Shown here: piece after piece, positions 15,871 to 22,988 of the stretch
How positions within the stretch are numbered: position 1 is the stretch's first letter
Layout of the letters: every line of letters starts with the position of its first letter
DNA from: an uncultured Chloroflexia bacterium
GTDB lineage: Bacteria; Chloroflexota; Anaerolineae; UBA4142
Direction: 5' to 3'
Length of the DNA stretch: 24,000 nucleotides
NCBI GenBank assembly: GCA_963718225.1
Contig: CAVQYN010000019.1
Location: 253,994-277,993 of the forward strand
The notes under the pieces: model-generated
What the model saw: only the letters and a program-made list of their open reading frames with translations
What the model was told of the DNA's origin: nothing
The model's database searches: none
Position numbers and translations under genes: made by a program

Positions 15871-15908
15871 AACGCCTCTCGAGCTATCGAGAGGCGTTTT
15901 GTTTTTTC
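15871..15908 (+). terminator. Intrinsic terminator inside the 5' leader of the DASS transporter gene (candidate attenuator)
   Basis: A perfect 12-bp stem, AACGCCUCUCGA (15871-15882) / UCGAGAGGCGUU (15887-15898), encloses the loop GCUA and is followed by UUGUUUUUU. It lies about 45 nt after the predicted TSS and about 57 nt before ATG 15966. An 8-bp hairpin precedes it (GAUGCGCG-AAGA-CGCGCGUC, 15833-15852). Confidence 0.6.
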
Positions 15909-15965
15909 GATTTTTCACTTGCCAAACGGCAAGCAGAAGAATAAATTCATTCTCATGGAGGAGAA

Positions 15966-17432
15966 ATGAAATTGAATTGGAAAGCTCTTATTCCGATTGC
16001 AGTGTGGGCCATCTTGGCGGCGTATGGCTTTTTTGTCGGTGCGCCCGCCGGACTGACGCTGAGCGCGTGGCTGTACTTTGCGCTCTTTGCCGCCGTGATT
16101 CTCGGTTTGATCTTGGAACCGATTCCCGCCGCGGCAATCGGCTTGATCGGCGTCGCGTTTGCCGCCGCAATGCGGTACGTCAATGCCGACATCACGCAAT
16201 CGGTGAACTGGGCGCTCGCCGGTTTCGCCGACACGACGGTGTGGCTCATCTTCGGCGCGTTCGTGTTCTCGATGGGCTATAACAAAACCGGTTTGGGACG
16301 CCGCATCGCGTTGATGCTCGTGCGCTGGCTCGGCGGTCGTACGCTAGGTCTGGGATACGCCATTGCGTTGTCCGACTTGGTGCTCGCGCCCGGCACGCCG
16401 TCGAACACGGCGCGCAGTGGCGGCACGGTCTACCCGGTGATTCGCAACATCCCGGCGTTGTACGGCTCGGAGCCGAATAGTCCGAGCGCGCGCAAGATCG
16501 GCTCGTACATTATGTGGACGGCGTTAGCCGCGACGTGCGTCACGTCGTCGATGTTTATCACCGCGCTTGCGCCGAATGCCGCTGCGTTGACCATCGTCAA
16601 GAATACTGCGAAGATCGACATCAACTGGGTGCAATGGTTCCAAGGATTTTTGCCGGTTGGTATCGTCTTGCTCTTGCTCGTCCCGGTGCTGACGTATTTC
16701 ATCTATCCGCCCGAAATAAAAACGAGTAAAGAAATTCCGGAATGGGCGGGCAAAGAACTCGCCAAGATGGGCAAGGTCTCGACGAAAGAACTCATCATGG
16801 TCGGATTGGTCGTTCTGGCGATCTTTTTGTGGATCACCGGCTCGAATGTCTTGTTCGCGTTGCCGTACTTTGGCACGAACTTTATCAACGCCACGACGGT
16901 GGTTTTAGTGGGCATCGCGTTGATGCTCGTCACCAACATCGTAACCTGGGATGAGATTACGAGCAACAAAGCCGCGTGGAATGTGTTGGTGTGGTTTGCT
17001 ACACTCGTCACGCTGGCGAATGGATTGAATCAGGTGGGCTTTGTCCGCTGGTTTGCAAATCTCGCCTCCGCGCCGTTGAAGGGCATGGATCCGATGATGA
17101 TTTTGGTGATCCTGGTTGTGCTCTTCTTCTTCATTCACTATTTCTTTGCATCGCTGAGCGCGCACACGAGCGCGGTCTTGCCGTTGATACTCGGCGTGGG
17201 TGTCGCGTTGTTGCCGGCGACCTTGATCATGCCCTTTGCTTTGCTCTGCGTTTACTCGTTGGGGCTGATGGGTATCCTAACACCGTACGCCACCGGTCCT
17301 TCGCCGATTTATTACGGCAGTGGTTACATCTCCCGCACCGATTTCTGGAAACTGGGATTGATCTTTGCGGTTGTTTTCGTCATCGGACTGTTGGTGATCG
17401 GCATCCCGTACTTGACGTCGATCAAACTGTAA
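15966..17432 (+). CDS. DASS-family anion permease (2-oxoglutarate/malate, citrate or tartrate:succinate exchanger-like; CitT/TtdT type)
   Basis: Intact 488-aa polytopic ORF with GGAGGAG 4 nt before the ATG. The sequence is typical of anion-permease (DASS) proteins: ..GLGRRIALMLVRWLGGRTLGLGY.., APGTPSNTARSGG, and a C-terminal repeat half with LTPYATGPSPIYYGSGY. Confidence 0.8.
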   Translation: MKLNWKALIPIAVWAILAAYGFFVGAPAGLTLSAWLYFALFAAVILGLILEPIPAAAIGLIGVAFAAAMRYVNADITQSVNWALAGFADTTVWLIFGAFVFSMGYNKTGLGRRIALMLVRWLGGRTLGLGYAIALSDLVLAPGTPSNTARSGGTVYPVIRNIPALYGSEPNSPSARKIGSYIMWTALAATCVTSSMFITALAPNAAALTIVKNTAKIDINWVQWFQGFLPVGIVLLLLVPVLTYFIYPPEIKTSKEIPEWAGKELAKMGKVSTKELIMVGLVVLAIFLWITGSNVLFALPYFGTNFINATTVVLVGIALMLVTNIVTWDEITSNKAAWNVLVWFATLVTLANGLNQVGFVRWFANLASAPLKGMDPMMILVILVVLFFFIHYFFASLSAHTSAVLPLILGVGVALLPATLIMPFALLCVYSLGLMGILTPYATGPSPIYYGSGYISRTDFWKLGLIFAVVFVIGLLVIGIPYLTSIKL

Positions 17433-17454
17433 CTGAATATCTGCGTGAAACAAA

Positions 17455-17482
17455 AAGGGGCGGCCACGAGGGTCGCCCCTAC
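17455..17482 (+). repeat. REP-like palindromic element, copy 2; probably also the terminator hairpin for the convergent genes
   Basis: In aaaaaGGGGCGGCCacgagGGTCGCCCCtac, a 9-bp stem (one G.U pair) is formed. It has the same 16-nt core as 1649-1664. Its 3' end overlaps the TAG stop (17479-17481) of the minus-strand PNPOx-like gene. Confidence 0.6.
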
Positions 17483-17934
17483 AAATTTATTTCCTCTTTG
17501 TATCCAAATTCCCGCGTGTTATCGATCCAGCGCATCCAACGCGCATTGATTTTGTACAACTCGATCACGCCAAGTTTTTCATGCGCTTGCCCCAACGCTT
17601 TAACCGATGTCAGCCACGATGCAACAAATGGAAATTTGCCGACGTAAAGCGTATATCCCCGCGCGCGTTCGATGGTTTGTTCAACACGCGATACTTGCCC
17701 GATGATTTGCGCGCCGCGAATGTCTTGCCAACCTTGCGATGCGCCGTGAATCGTCGCACTGACACGTGCATCGCGCAGAAAATTTTGAACGTGCCGCGTT
17801 TTGGGATCAGACAAGAAATAAAACGTCGATTCCTCGTGCGTGAAAAACAAATCGCACGCGTGCGGCGAACCATCGGCGTTGGTCGTCGCAAGCGTGAGCG
17901 TGTTCTGCCTCGATACAAACTCGCGCCAGTCCAT
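17479..17934 (-). CDS. Pyridoxamine 5'-phosphate oxidase-like FMN-binding split-barrel protein
   Basis: The start is taken at ATG 17934 (MDWREFVSRQNTLTLATTNADGSPHACDLFF...), 2 nt after the ubiX stop. The upstream part of the 290-aa ORF-track call overlaps ubiX and is Arg-rich out-of-frame sequence. The pattern TLATTxxDGxP...F.. is typical of the PNPOx-like family. Confidence 0.65.
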   Translation of the reverse strand: MDWREFVSRQNTLTLATTNADGSPHACDLFFTHEESTFYFLSDPKTRHVQNFLRDARVSATIHGASQGWQDIRGAQIIGQVSRVEQTIERARGYTLYVGKFPFVASWLTSVKALGQAHEKLGVIELYKINARWMRWIDNTREFGYKEEINL

Positions 17935-17936
17935 CG

Positions 17937-18500
17937 CTATTCTTTCCAGCGCGTGTACAAATTGTTCTCGACGCCGATGCGCGCGAGGATGCGCCCGACC
18001 GTGCCATTGATCACATCGTCGAGTGTTTGCGGCTTGCCGTAGAACGCCGGCATCGGCGGGAAAATGATCGCGCCCATTTCGGTCGCTTGCGTCATCAAAC
18101 GCAAATGTCCCAGATGCAACGGCGTCTCGCGCACGACGAGAATCAACGGGCGACCTTCTTTCAGCGTGACATCCGCCGCGCGCGCGATGAGATCGGCGGA
18201 GTACGAGTTGGCAATCGCCGAAAGCGATTTGATACTGCACGGAATTACAATCATTCCGCGCGTAACAAAACTGCCGCTCGCAATCGATGCGCCGATTTGC
18301 CGGACATCGTGGACCGTGTGCGCCAGCGCCTCGACATCTTTCAATGTCCAATCAGTTTCGGCGGCGATGGTTTGCTTGGCGGCGGCGCTGATAACCAAAT
18401 GTGTTTCGATGTTCGACGTGGCGTGCAATGCTTCCAGCAAGCGAATGCCGTAGATGACGCCGCTGGCGCCGGAAATTGCAACGATAATTCGTTCAGTCAT
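17937..18500 (-). CDS. ubiX: Flavin prenyltransferase UbiX (prenyl-FMN synthase)
   Basis: The start ATG at 18500 overlaps the upstream stop as ATGA. The sequence MTERIIVAISGASGVIYGIRLLEAL...MIVIPCSIKSLSAIANSYSADLIARAADVTLKEGRPLILVVRETPLH..HLRLM...GAIIFPPMPAFY is a close match to the UbiX/Pad1 family. Confidence 0.9.
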   Translation of the reverse strand: MTERIIVAISGASGVIYGIRLLEALHATSNIETHLVISAAAKQTIAAETDWTLKDVEALAHTVHDVRQIGASIASGSFVTRGMIVIPCSIKSLSAIANSYSADLIARAADVTLKEGRPLILVVRETPLHLGHLRLMTQATEMGAIIFPPMPAFYGKPQTLDDVINGTVGRILARIGVENNLYTRWKE

Positions 18501-19169
18501 TTTGATATGATTTCCCAATTCTTTTCACGCGCGAGATTTTCCAATTGTGGGTCGGGGTACACCGCGACCGGATGACCGACCATATCGAACAGCGCCCGGT
18601 CGCTGATCGAATCGGCATACGCATAACTCGCGGCGAAATCAATGGCGATGCCGCGCGCTTTCAACCATTCGTGCGTGCGCGTACCTTTAGCGTCGCCCAT
18701 ACACACCGGCGGAATCACGCGCCCAGTGAATCGATTATTCACAACTTCGATTTCCGTACCCACCGTGCCGGTCGCGCCGAGCGCATCACCCAGAACTTGC
18801 AGCGTCGGCGCGAGCATTGCGGAAACGAGAACGACGATGTGCCCTTGCGCGATATGCTCTTTCAATCGCGCGATGACATGCCTCGTTTGCAGTCGGCTGA
18901 ATGTATTGCTCGGCGACCCAGCGTAGCGCGGTATCGCCACGCGCGTGTTCCCAGCCGCGCACAAGCGTGCCGAGCGTGAGCACCCACGGCTTGCGAAACG
19001 TTTCTTCATCGATCAGTTTTAATTTGCGCAAGAACAGCAACGGCATGTTGCGCGCCATGTACAGGCGGGTGCGATTTTTGCCGCCATGTTCGGAAACGTA
19101 TTGCGTCAGCCCGCGCCACATGTTCGCGTTGTACAGCGTGCCATCGACATCAAAGAATGCGCCAATCAT
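18497..19169 (-). CDS. HAD-IB family hydrolase (phosphoserine phosphatase-like); one frameshift in this sequence
   Basis: The N-terminal piece is 18786..19169 (MIGAFFDVDGTLY.., the DxDGT motif). The C-terminal piece is 18497..19009 (..GHIVVLVSAML....GDAKG......AYADSISDRALFDMVGHPVAVYPD). They join at about 18890-18897 (AEQYIQP|LQTRHVIARLKEH), which fits one extra nt at 18893. The total of 673 nt is 3n+1. An extended -10 element, TGcTATAAT (19195-19187), and a GAGGAG SD precede ATG 19169. Confidence 0.7.
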
Positions 19170-19222
19170 TGTTGCTCCTCGACGGGATTATAGCACATTC
19201 TCACCAGGCTCGCGAGAAAACA

Positions 19223-19251
19223 TTGACATTTGTTTCCCTTTGTTGCATAAT
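19223..19251 (+). promoter_or_regulatory. Sigma70-type promoter of the TPR-ndk operon
   Basis: TTGACA (19223-19228), a 17-nt spacer, then CATAAT (19246-19251). The ATG at 19250 lies inside the -10 element, which argues for the downstream GTG start. Confidence 0.5.
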
Positions 19252-19273
19252 GACGTCGGACTTGGAGGAAGAT

Positions 19274-20488
19274 GTGAACGACGCGGCGTCGCTTCGATTA
19301 TACATCCAAAAAATCGACGAGTTCATTCAGCAACAACAATTCGATGACGCGATTGCGTTGGGCAAGCACGTGCTCGTGCGTTATCCGCAATACGCGCGCG
19401 TGCACGAACGCTTGGGCAAGGCATACTGGATGGTGCGCGATGAGCAATCTGCCGAGGCGGCGTTTCTGCGCGTGCTTGCCGCCGACCCGGAAAATGTCGC
19501 CGCGCACACCGGCTTGGCGCAAACGCTGGCCGTGCGTGCGCCAAGTCAAGCGCTTTGGCACGCAGAATGTGCGTATGATCTTGCGCCGGACGACGCCGCG
19601 CATCAAGACCTGGTACTGCGATTATGCGATCGAGCCGGCAAATCGATTACGCGTCTCGAGCCGACGCCGGTGGTGCGGGCGCGCGCGCACTTGGGTGAAG
19701 GTCAAATCGATCCAGCGATTCGTGAACTACGCACAGCCATTGCCAATGCGCCTTCGCGGTTTGATACCTGGGTCGTGTTGGCGGAAGCGCTTTGGCGCGG
19801 TGATTATTCGCGCGACGCCGCACACATTTCGGAAACGATTGTGCGTCGACTGCCGGATTGTCTCAAGGCGAATTTGATTTTGGGTACGGTGTGGAAACGT
19901 TTTGGAATTGAGGCAAGCGCACAGCATCTTGCGCGCGCGCAAGAAATCGATCCGCTGAACGAAGTGGCGGACAAGTTGCTCGGCACGCGCTCGCCGTTCC
20001 AAGTCGTCGATCCGACCATGGCGGATTATGTTCCCAGCGCCGAAGAAAAAATCAAAACCGTAGCCAACACGTCTGTCATCATCGATTCGGAAGCCGTGCG
20101 CGCAATCGACGATGACGAAGCTGGTCCGATGGAATCGTTAGTGGAAGAAGCGGAATCAATCATCGCGCAATATATTGATGCGGAGAAATCGGCGGCAGAA
20201 TCGCCGCGCGAACTAGTGCCGGTGAAAGACATCGATCATCTGACCTTGGCGCGCGAGCACCGTGACGCGAATCTCTGGCACCAAGCGCTCGCGGAATACG
20301 ATTGGGTTGTGCAGCATTCGCTGAGCCAAGTGGATGAGGTGATTCGGGATTTGGAGATCCTCGCACAACGCGCAGACATGCCAGTGCGGACACACCATAT
20401 TCTTGGTGATGCGTACGCGCGCGCGGATCGGCTTGCGCAAGCGTTATATCATTATCGTTTTGTGCTCGAACACATATCGGAATCTTGA
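19274..20488 (+). CDS. Tetratricopeptide-repeat protein
   Basis: The start is taken at GTG 19274, with GGAGG at 19264-19268. TPR-like units are present (..AIALGKHVLVRYPQYARVHERLGKAYW.., ..AEAAFLRVLAADPENVAAHTGLAQ..), followed by an acidic linker and a C-terminal helical region. The stop TGA lies at 20486-20488. Confidence 0.6.
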   Translation: MNDAASLRLYIQKIDEFIQQQQFDDAIALGKHVLVRYPQYARVHERLGKAYWMVRDEQSAEAAFLRVLAADPENVAAHTGLAQTLAVRAPSQALWHAECAYDLAPDDAAHQDLVLRLCDRAGKSITRLEPTPVVRARAHLGEGQIDPAIRELRTAIANAPSRFDTWVVLAEALWRGDYSRDAAHISETIVRRLPDCLKANLILGTVWKRFGIEASAQHLARAQEIDPLNEVADKLLGTRSPFQVVDPTMADYVPSAEEKIKTVANTSVIIDSEAVRAIDDDEAGPMESLVEEAESIIAQYIDAEKSAAESPRELVPVKDIDHLTLAREHRDANLWHQALAEYDWVVQHSLSQVDEVIRDLEILAQRADMPVRTHHILGDAYARADRLAQALYHYRFVLEHISES

Positions 20489-20499
20489 CGGAGGTTGTG

Positions 20500-20949
20500 G
20501 TGCAACGAACTTTGGTGCTGGTAAAACCGGACGGGGTTCAACGCGCGTTGGTGGGCAAAATTCTAGCGCGTTTTGAAGAACGCGGCATGAAAATCGTTGG
20601 GTTGAAAATCGTGCAAGTCAGCCGCGAACTGGCGGAGAAACATTACGCCGTTCACAAAGGCAAGTTTTTCTACGAAGGGTTGGTGAGTTACATCACCTCC
20701 AGCCCGGTCGTCGCGCTGGCGCTGGAAGGGCACGAAGCTATCGGCGCAGTGCGCGCGATGGTTGGTGCGACGCGCCCGTGGGAAGCCGCCGCCGGCACAA
20801 TTCGCGGCGATTACGCGATGATGGGTTTGCGCAATTTGATTCACGCTTCGGACGCGGAGGAAACGGCGAAGAATGAAATTGCGTTGTGGTTCAAGCCCGA
20901 TGAATTGGCAACTTATACGCGCGATCTCGACAAGTGGGTGAATGAGTAA
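20500..20949 (+). CDS. ndk: Nucleoside diphosphate kinase
   Basis: (M)QRTLVLVKPDGVQRALVGKILARFEERGMKIVGLK...GTIRGDYA....NLIHASDA is canonical Ndk sequence. GTG 20500 is preferred because GGAGG at 20490-20494 lies 5 nt upstream. GTG 20497 and TTG 20485 are alternative starts. Confidence 0.9.
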   Translation: MQRTLVLVKPDGVQRALVGKILARFEERGMKIVGLKIVQVSRELAEKHYAVHKGKFFYEGLVSYITSSPVVALALEGHEAIGAVRAMVGATRPWEAAAGTIRGDYAMMGLRNLIHASDAEETAKNEIALWFKPDELATYTRDLDKWVNE

Positions 20950-21016
20950 GCGCCCTTCGACTACGTTCCGCTACGCGGAACTCCGCTCAGGGTGCCAAGA
21001 AATCGAATGAAACAAA

Positions 21017-21040
21017 ACGACGCGGAGCCATCCGCGTCGT
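21017..21040. terminator. Terminator hairpin between convergent ndk and rsfS, stronger on the minus strand
   Basis: A 10-bp stem, acgacgcgga / tccgcgtcgt, encloses the loop gcca. Read on the minus strand it is followed by UUUUGUUUCAUU. Read on the plus strand it is followed only by UUCUUGUGG. Confidence 0.6.
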
Positions 21041-21062
21041 TTCTTGTGGCGAGAGAATAATG

Positions 21063-21407
21063 CTACTGCATTCGCACGACAATCGGCGCGCGCTCCCACA
21101 ATTTTTCCAAGCGATAGTAATCGCGCATCGACCGGCTGAACAAGTGCGCGATCACGCCGTTGTAATCGAGGAGAACCCAGCCCGAGTCCGGCGTGCCTTC
21201 GGTGCCGAGCGGCGCAATGTGATGCTTTTTGAGACTCTTGCGCAAATCATCGGCGATTGCTTTCATCTGCCGTTCATTATCGCACGTCGCAACAACCAAA
21301 TAATCGGCGATGACTGTCAGCGCTCGCGTATCGAGCAGGATAATGTCTTCGCCCTTTTTGTCGGAAATCGCATCGACGACATAGTGAGCCAGCGCGCTAG
21401 GTTCCAG
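21063..21407 (-). CDS. rsfS: Ribosomal silencing factor RsfS (iojap-like), apparently with a CTG start
   Basis: The ORF track begins at an internal TTG (21299), but the same frame stays open upstream and encodes LEPSALAHYVVDAISDKKGEDIILLDTRALTVIADYLVVATCDNERQ.., the conserved RsfS N-terminus. No ATG, GTG or TTG occurs between the upstream TAG and 21299. GGAGG (21419-21415) lies 7 nt before CTG 21407. Confidence 0.75.
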   Translation of the reverse strand: MEPSALAHYVVDAISDKKGEDIILLDTRALTVIADYLVVATCDNERQMKAIADDLRKSLKKHHIAPLGTEGTPDSGWVLLDYNGVIAHLFSRSMRDYYRLEKLWERAPIVVRMQ

Positions 21408-21434
21408 AGAATTGCCTCCTGCAGGTTTAGTTGA

Positions 21435-21463
21435 ATACTAGCGTGGATTGGGGTGAGTGTCAA
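21435..21463 (-). promoter_or_regulatory. Sigma70-type promoter of rsfS
   Basis: On the minus strand: TTGACA (21463-21458), a 17-nt spacer, then TAGTAT (21440-21435). Confidence 0.5.
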
Positions 21464-21472
21464 GTTCGATTT

Positions 21473-21501
21473 TTGACCCCTCGCGACAAACGCGATACAA
21501 T
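21473..21501 (+). promoter_or_regulatory. Sigma70-type promoter of selA; predicts a leaderless mRNA
   Basis: TTGACC (21473-21478), a 17-nt spacer, then TACAAT (21496-21501). The selA ATG (21508) begins 7 nt after the -10 element and has no SD. Confidence 0.5.
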
Positions 21502-21507
21502 ACGATT

Positions 21508-22877
21508 ATGAAACAAGACCAACTGCGCAATCTGCCGGCGGTCGATGGGCTGTTGCAAGATCACGTCGTGCGCGAACTTGAACAACGCTTTGGACGCATG
21601 CTCGTTGTCGATGCGTGTCGCACCGCGCTCGATGCCGCGCGCCAAGCGATTCTCGCCGGCGGCGATGCGCCGATGCCGGCGTTGCTCATTGATGATATTT
21701 ACGAACGCGTCGCGCAAGCGGTGCGACCGTCGCTCGTGCCGGTCATCAACGCAACCGGCGTCATCATTCACACGAACTTGGGACGTGCGCCGCTATCCGA
21801 TGACACGCTCGCCGCGATGAAAATCGCCGGGCAAAACTATTCCAATCTCGAATATGATCTGGGTGCAGGCGAGCGCGGCTCGCGCCATGCGCACGCGGAA
21901 TCGATAATCACGCGTTTGACCGGCGCGGAAGCGCGGTCATCGTCAACAATAATGCGGCGGCGGTGATGTTGATCCTTGCCGCGTTCGCGCGCGGCAAGCA
22001 AGTCATCATCTCGCGCGGACAACTCGTCGAAATCGGCGGCGGGTTTCGCATTCCGGAAGTGATGCAACAGTCCGGCGCGATGCTGGTTGAGGTTGGCACG
22101 ACGAATCGTACCTATATCGCCGACTACGCGCGCGCAATCAACGAGCAGACGGCGTTGCTGATGCAAGTGCATTCGTCGAATTTCAAGATGGTCGGGTTTA
22201 CGCATCAACCCACGCTCGCCGAACTTGTCGCGCTCGCGCACGAACGGAAAATTTTATGCGTCGATGATTTGGGAAGCGGCGCTCTGATCGACACGAGCGT
22301 ATACGGACTGGCACACGAGCCGATGCCGCAAGAATCGCTGGCGACCGGTGCAGACCTTGTTTCGATTAGCGGCGATAAATTGCTTGGCGGACCGCAAGCC
22401 GGCATCATCGTCGGTCGCAAGAACGCCATCGACGTTTTGAAAAAGCATCCGCTCACACGCGCGCTCCGCGTCGATAAAGTGACGCTCGCCGGCGTGCAGG
22501 CGACGCTGTTGCATTATCTGAAAAACGAAGCGACGAAAAAAATTCCGATTTGGATGATGCTCTCCGCCACGCGCGAATCGCTCGACGCGCGCGCGCAGAA
22601 ATGGGCGGAACAATTGCGTGCTGCAAAAATCGATGCGCAAGTCATTGATGCAGAATCGACGGTGGGCGGGGGCGCGTTGCCCGGTGAAACGTTACCCACG
22701 CGCGCGCTGGCGATTGCGATTGCATCGCCTGACAATTTTGCCCAGCGTCTGCGCGAAAACACGCCGCCGATCATCGCGCGCATTGAGGAGAATCGCGTAG
22801 TGTTTGACCCGCGCACGGTGCTGGCGATTGAAGAGAAGGCGTTATTGGCGGGGATTGAGCAATGCGGTAACGCTTGA
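21508..22877 (+). CDS. selA: L-seryl-tRNA(Sec) selenium transferase SelA; one frameshift in this sequence
   Basis: MKQDQLRNLPAVDGLL... ...VINATGVIIHTNLGRAPL...YSNLEYDL..G.RGSR....LTGAEA lies in ORF 21457..21966. AVIVNNNAAAVMLIL...VIISRGQLVEIGGGFRIPEVM..SGA.LVEVGTTNRT....SNF...GFT lies in ORF 21963..22877. The join at 21931-21936 fits a single missing nt. The total of 1370 nt is 3n+2. Confidence 0.85.
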
Positions 22878-22935
22878 GGTGCTGAGGCGCAAACGAGATG
22901 GTTGTCACCGGGCAACTATTATAGCAATGACGAAA

Positions 22936-22971
22936 CAAAAAAACGCGGGAGCATGCTCCCGCGTTTTTTTG
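22936..22971. terminator. Bidirectional rho-independent terminator between convergent selA and the MVD-like gene
   Basis: aaaaaaaCGCGGGAGCAUGCUCCCGCGttttttt is a perfect palindrome flanked by an A7 run and a T7 run. Confidence 0.85.
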
Positions 22972-22988
22972 TTTGTGCTGACTGTAGC

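Noticed and set aside
15627-15944. ORFs 15627..15944(+), 15672..15854(-) and 15344..15817(+) in or across the SWIM/DASS intergenic region as protein-coding genes
   Set aside because: They run through promoter boxes and terminator hairpins, lack SDs, and have no recognisable protein features. The region is better explained by two leaders or sRNAs.
17935-18351. Upstream extension of the 290-aa ORF 17479..18351(-) overlapping ubiX
   Set aside because: The extension is out-of-frame ubiX DNA (Arg-rich). The PNPOx-like domain begins at ATG 17934, immediately after the ubiX stop.
20965-20981. Hairpin GTTCCGC-tac-GCGGAAC just after ndk as a terminator or repeat element
   Set aside because: It has only a 7-bp stem and no following U-tract. 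No second copy occurs in the window. The stronger hairpin at 21017-21040 better explains termination.
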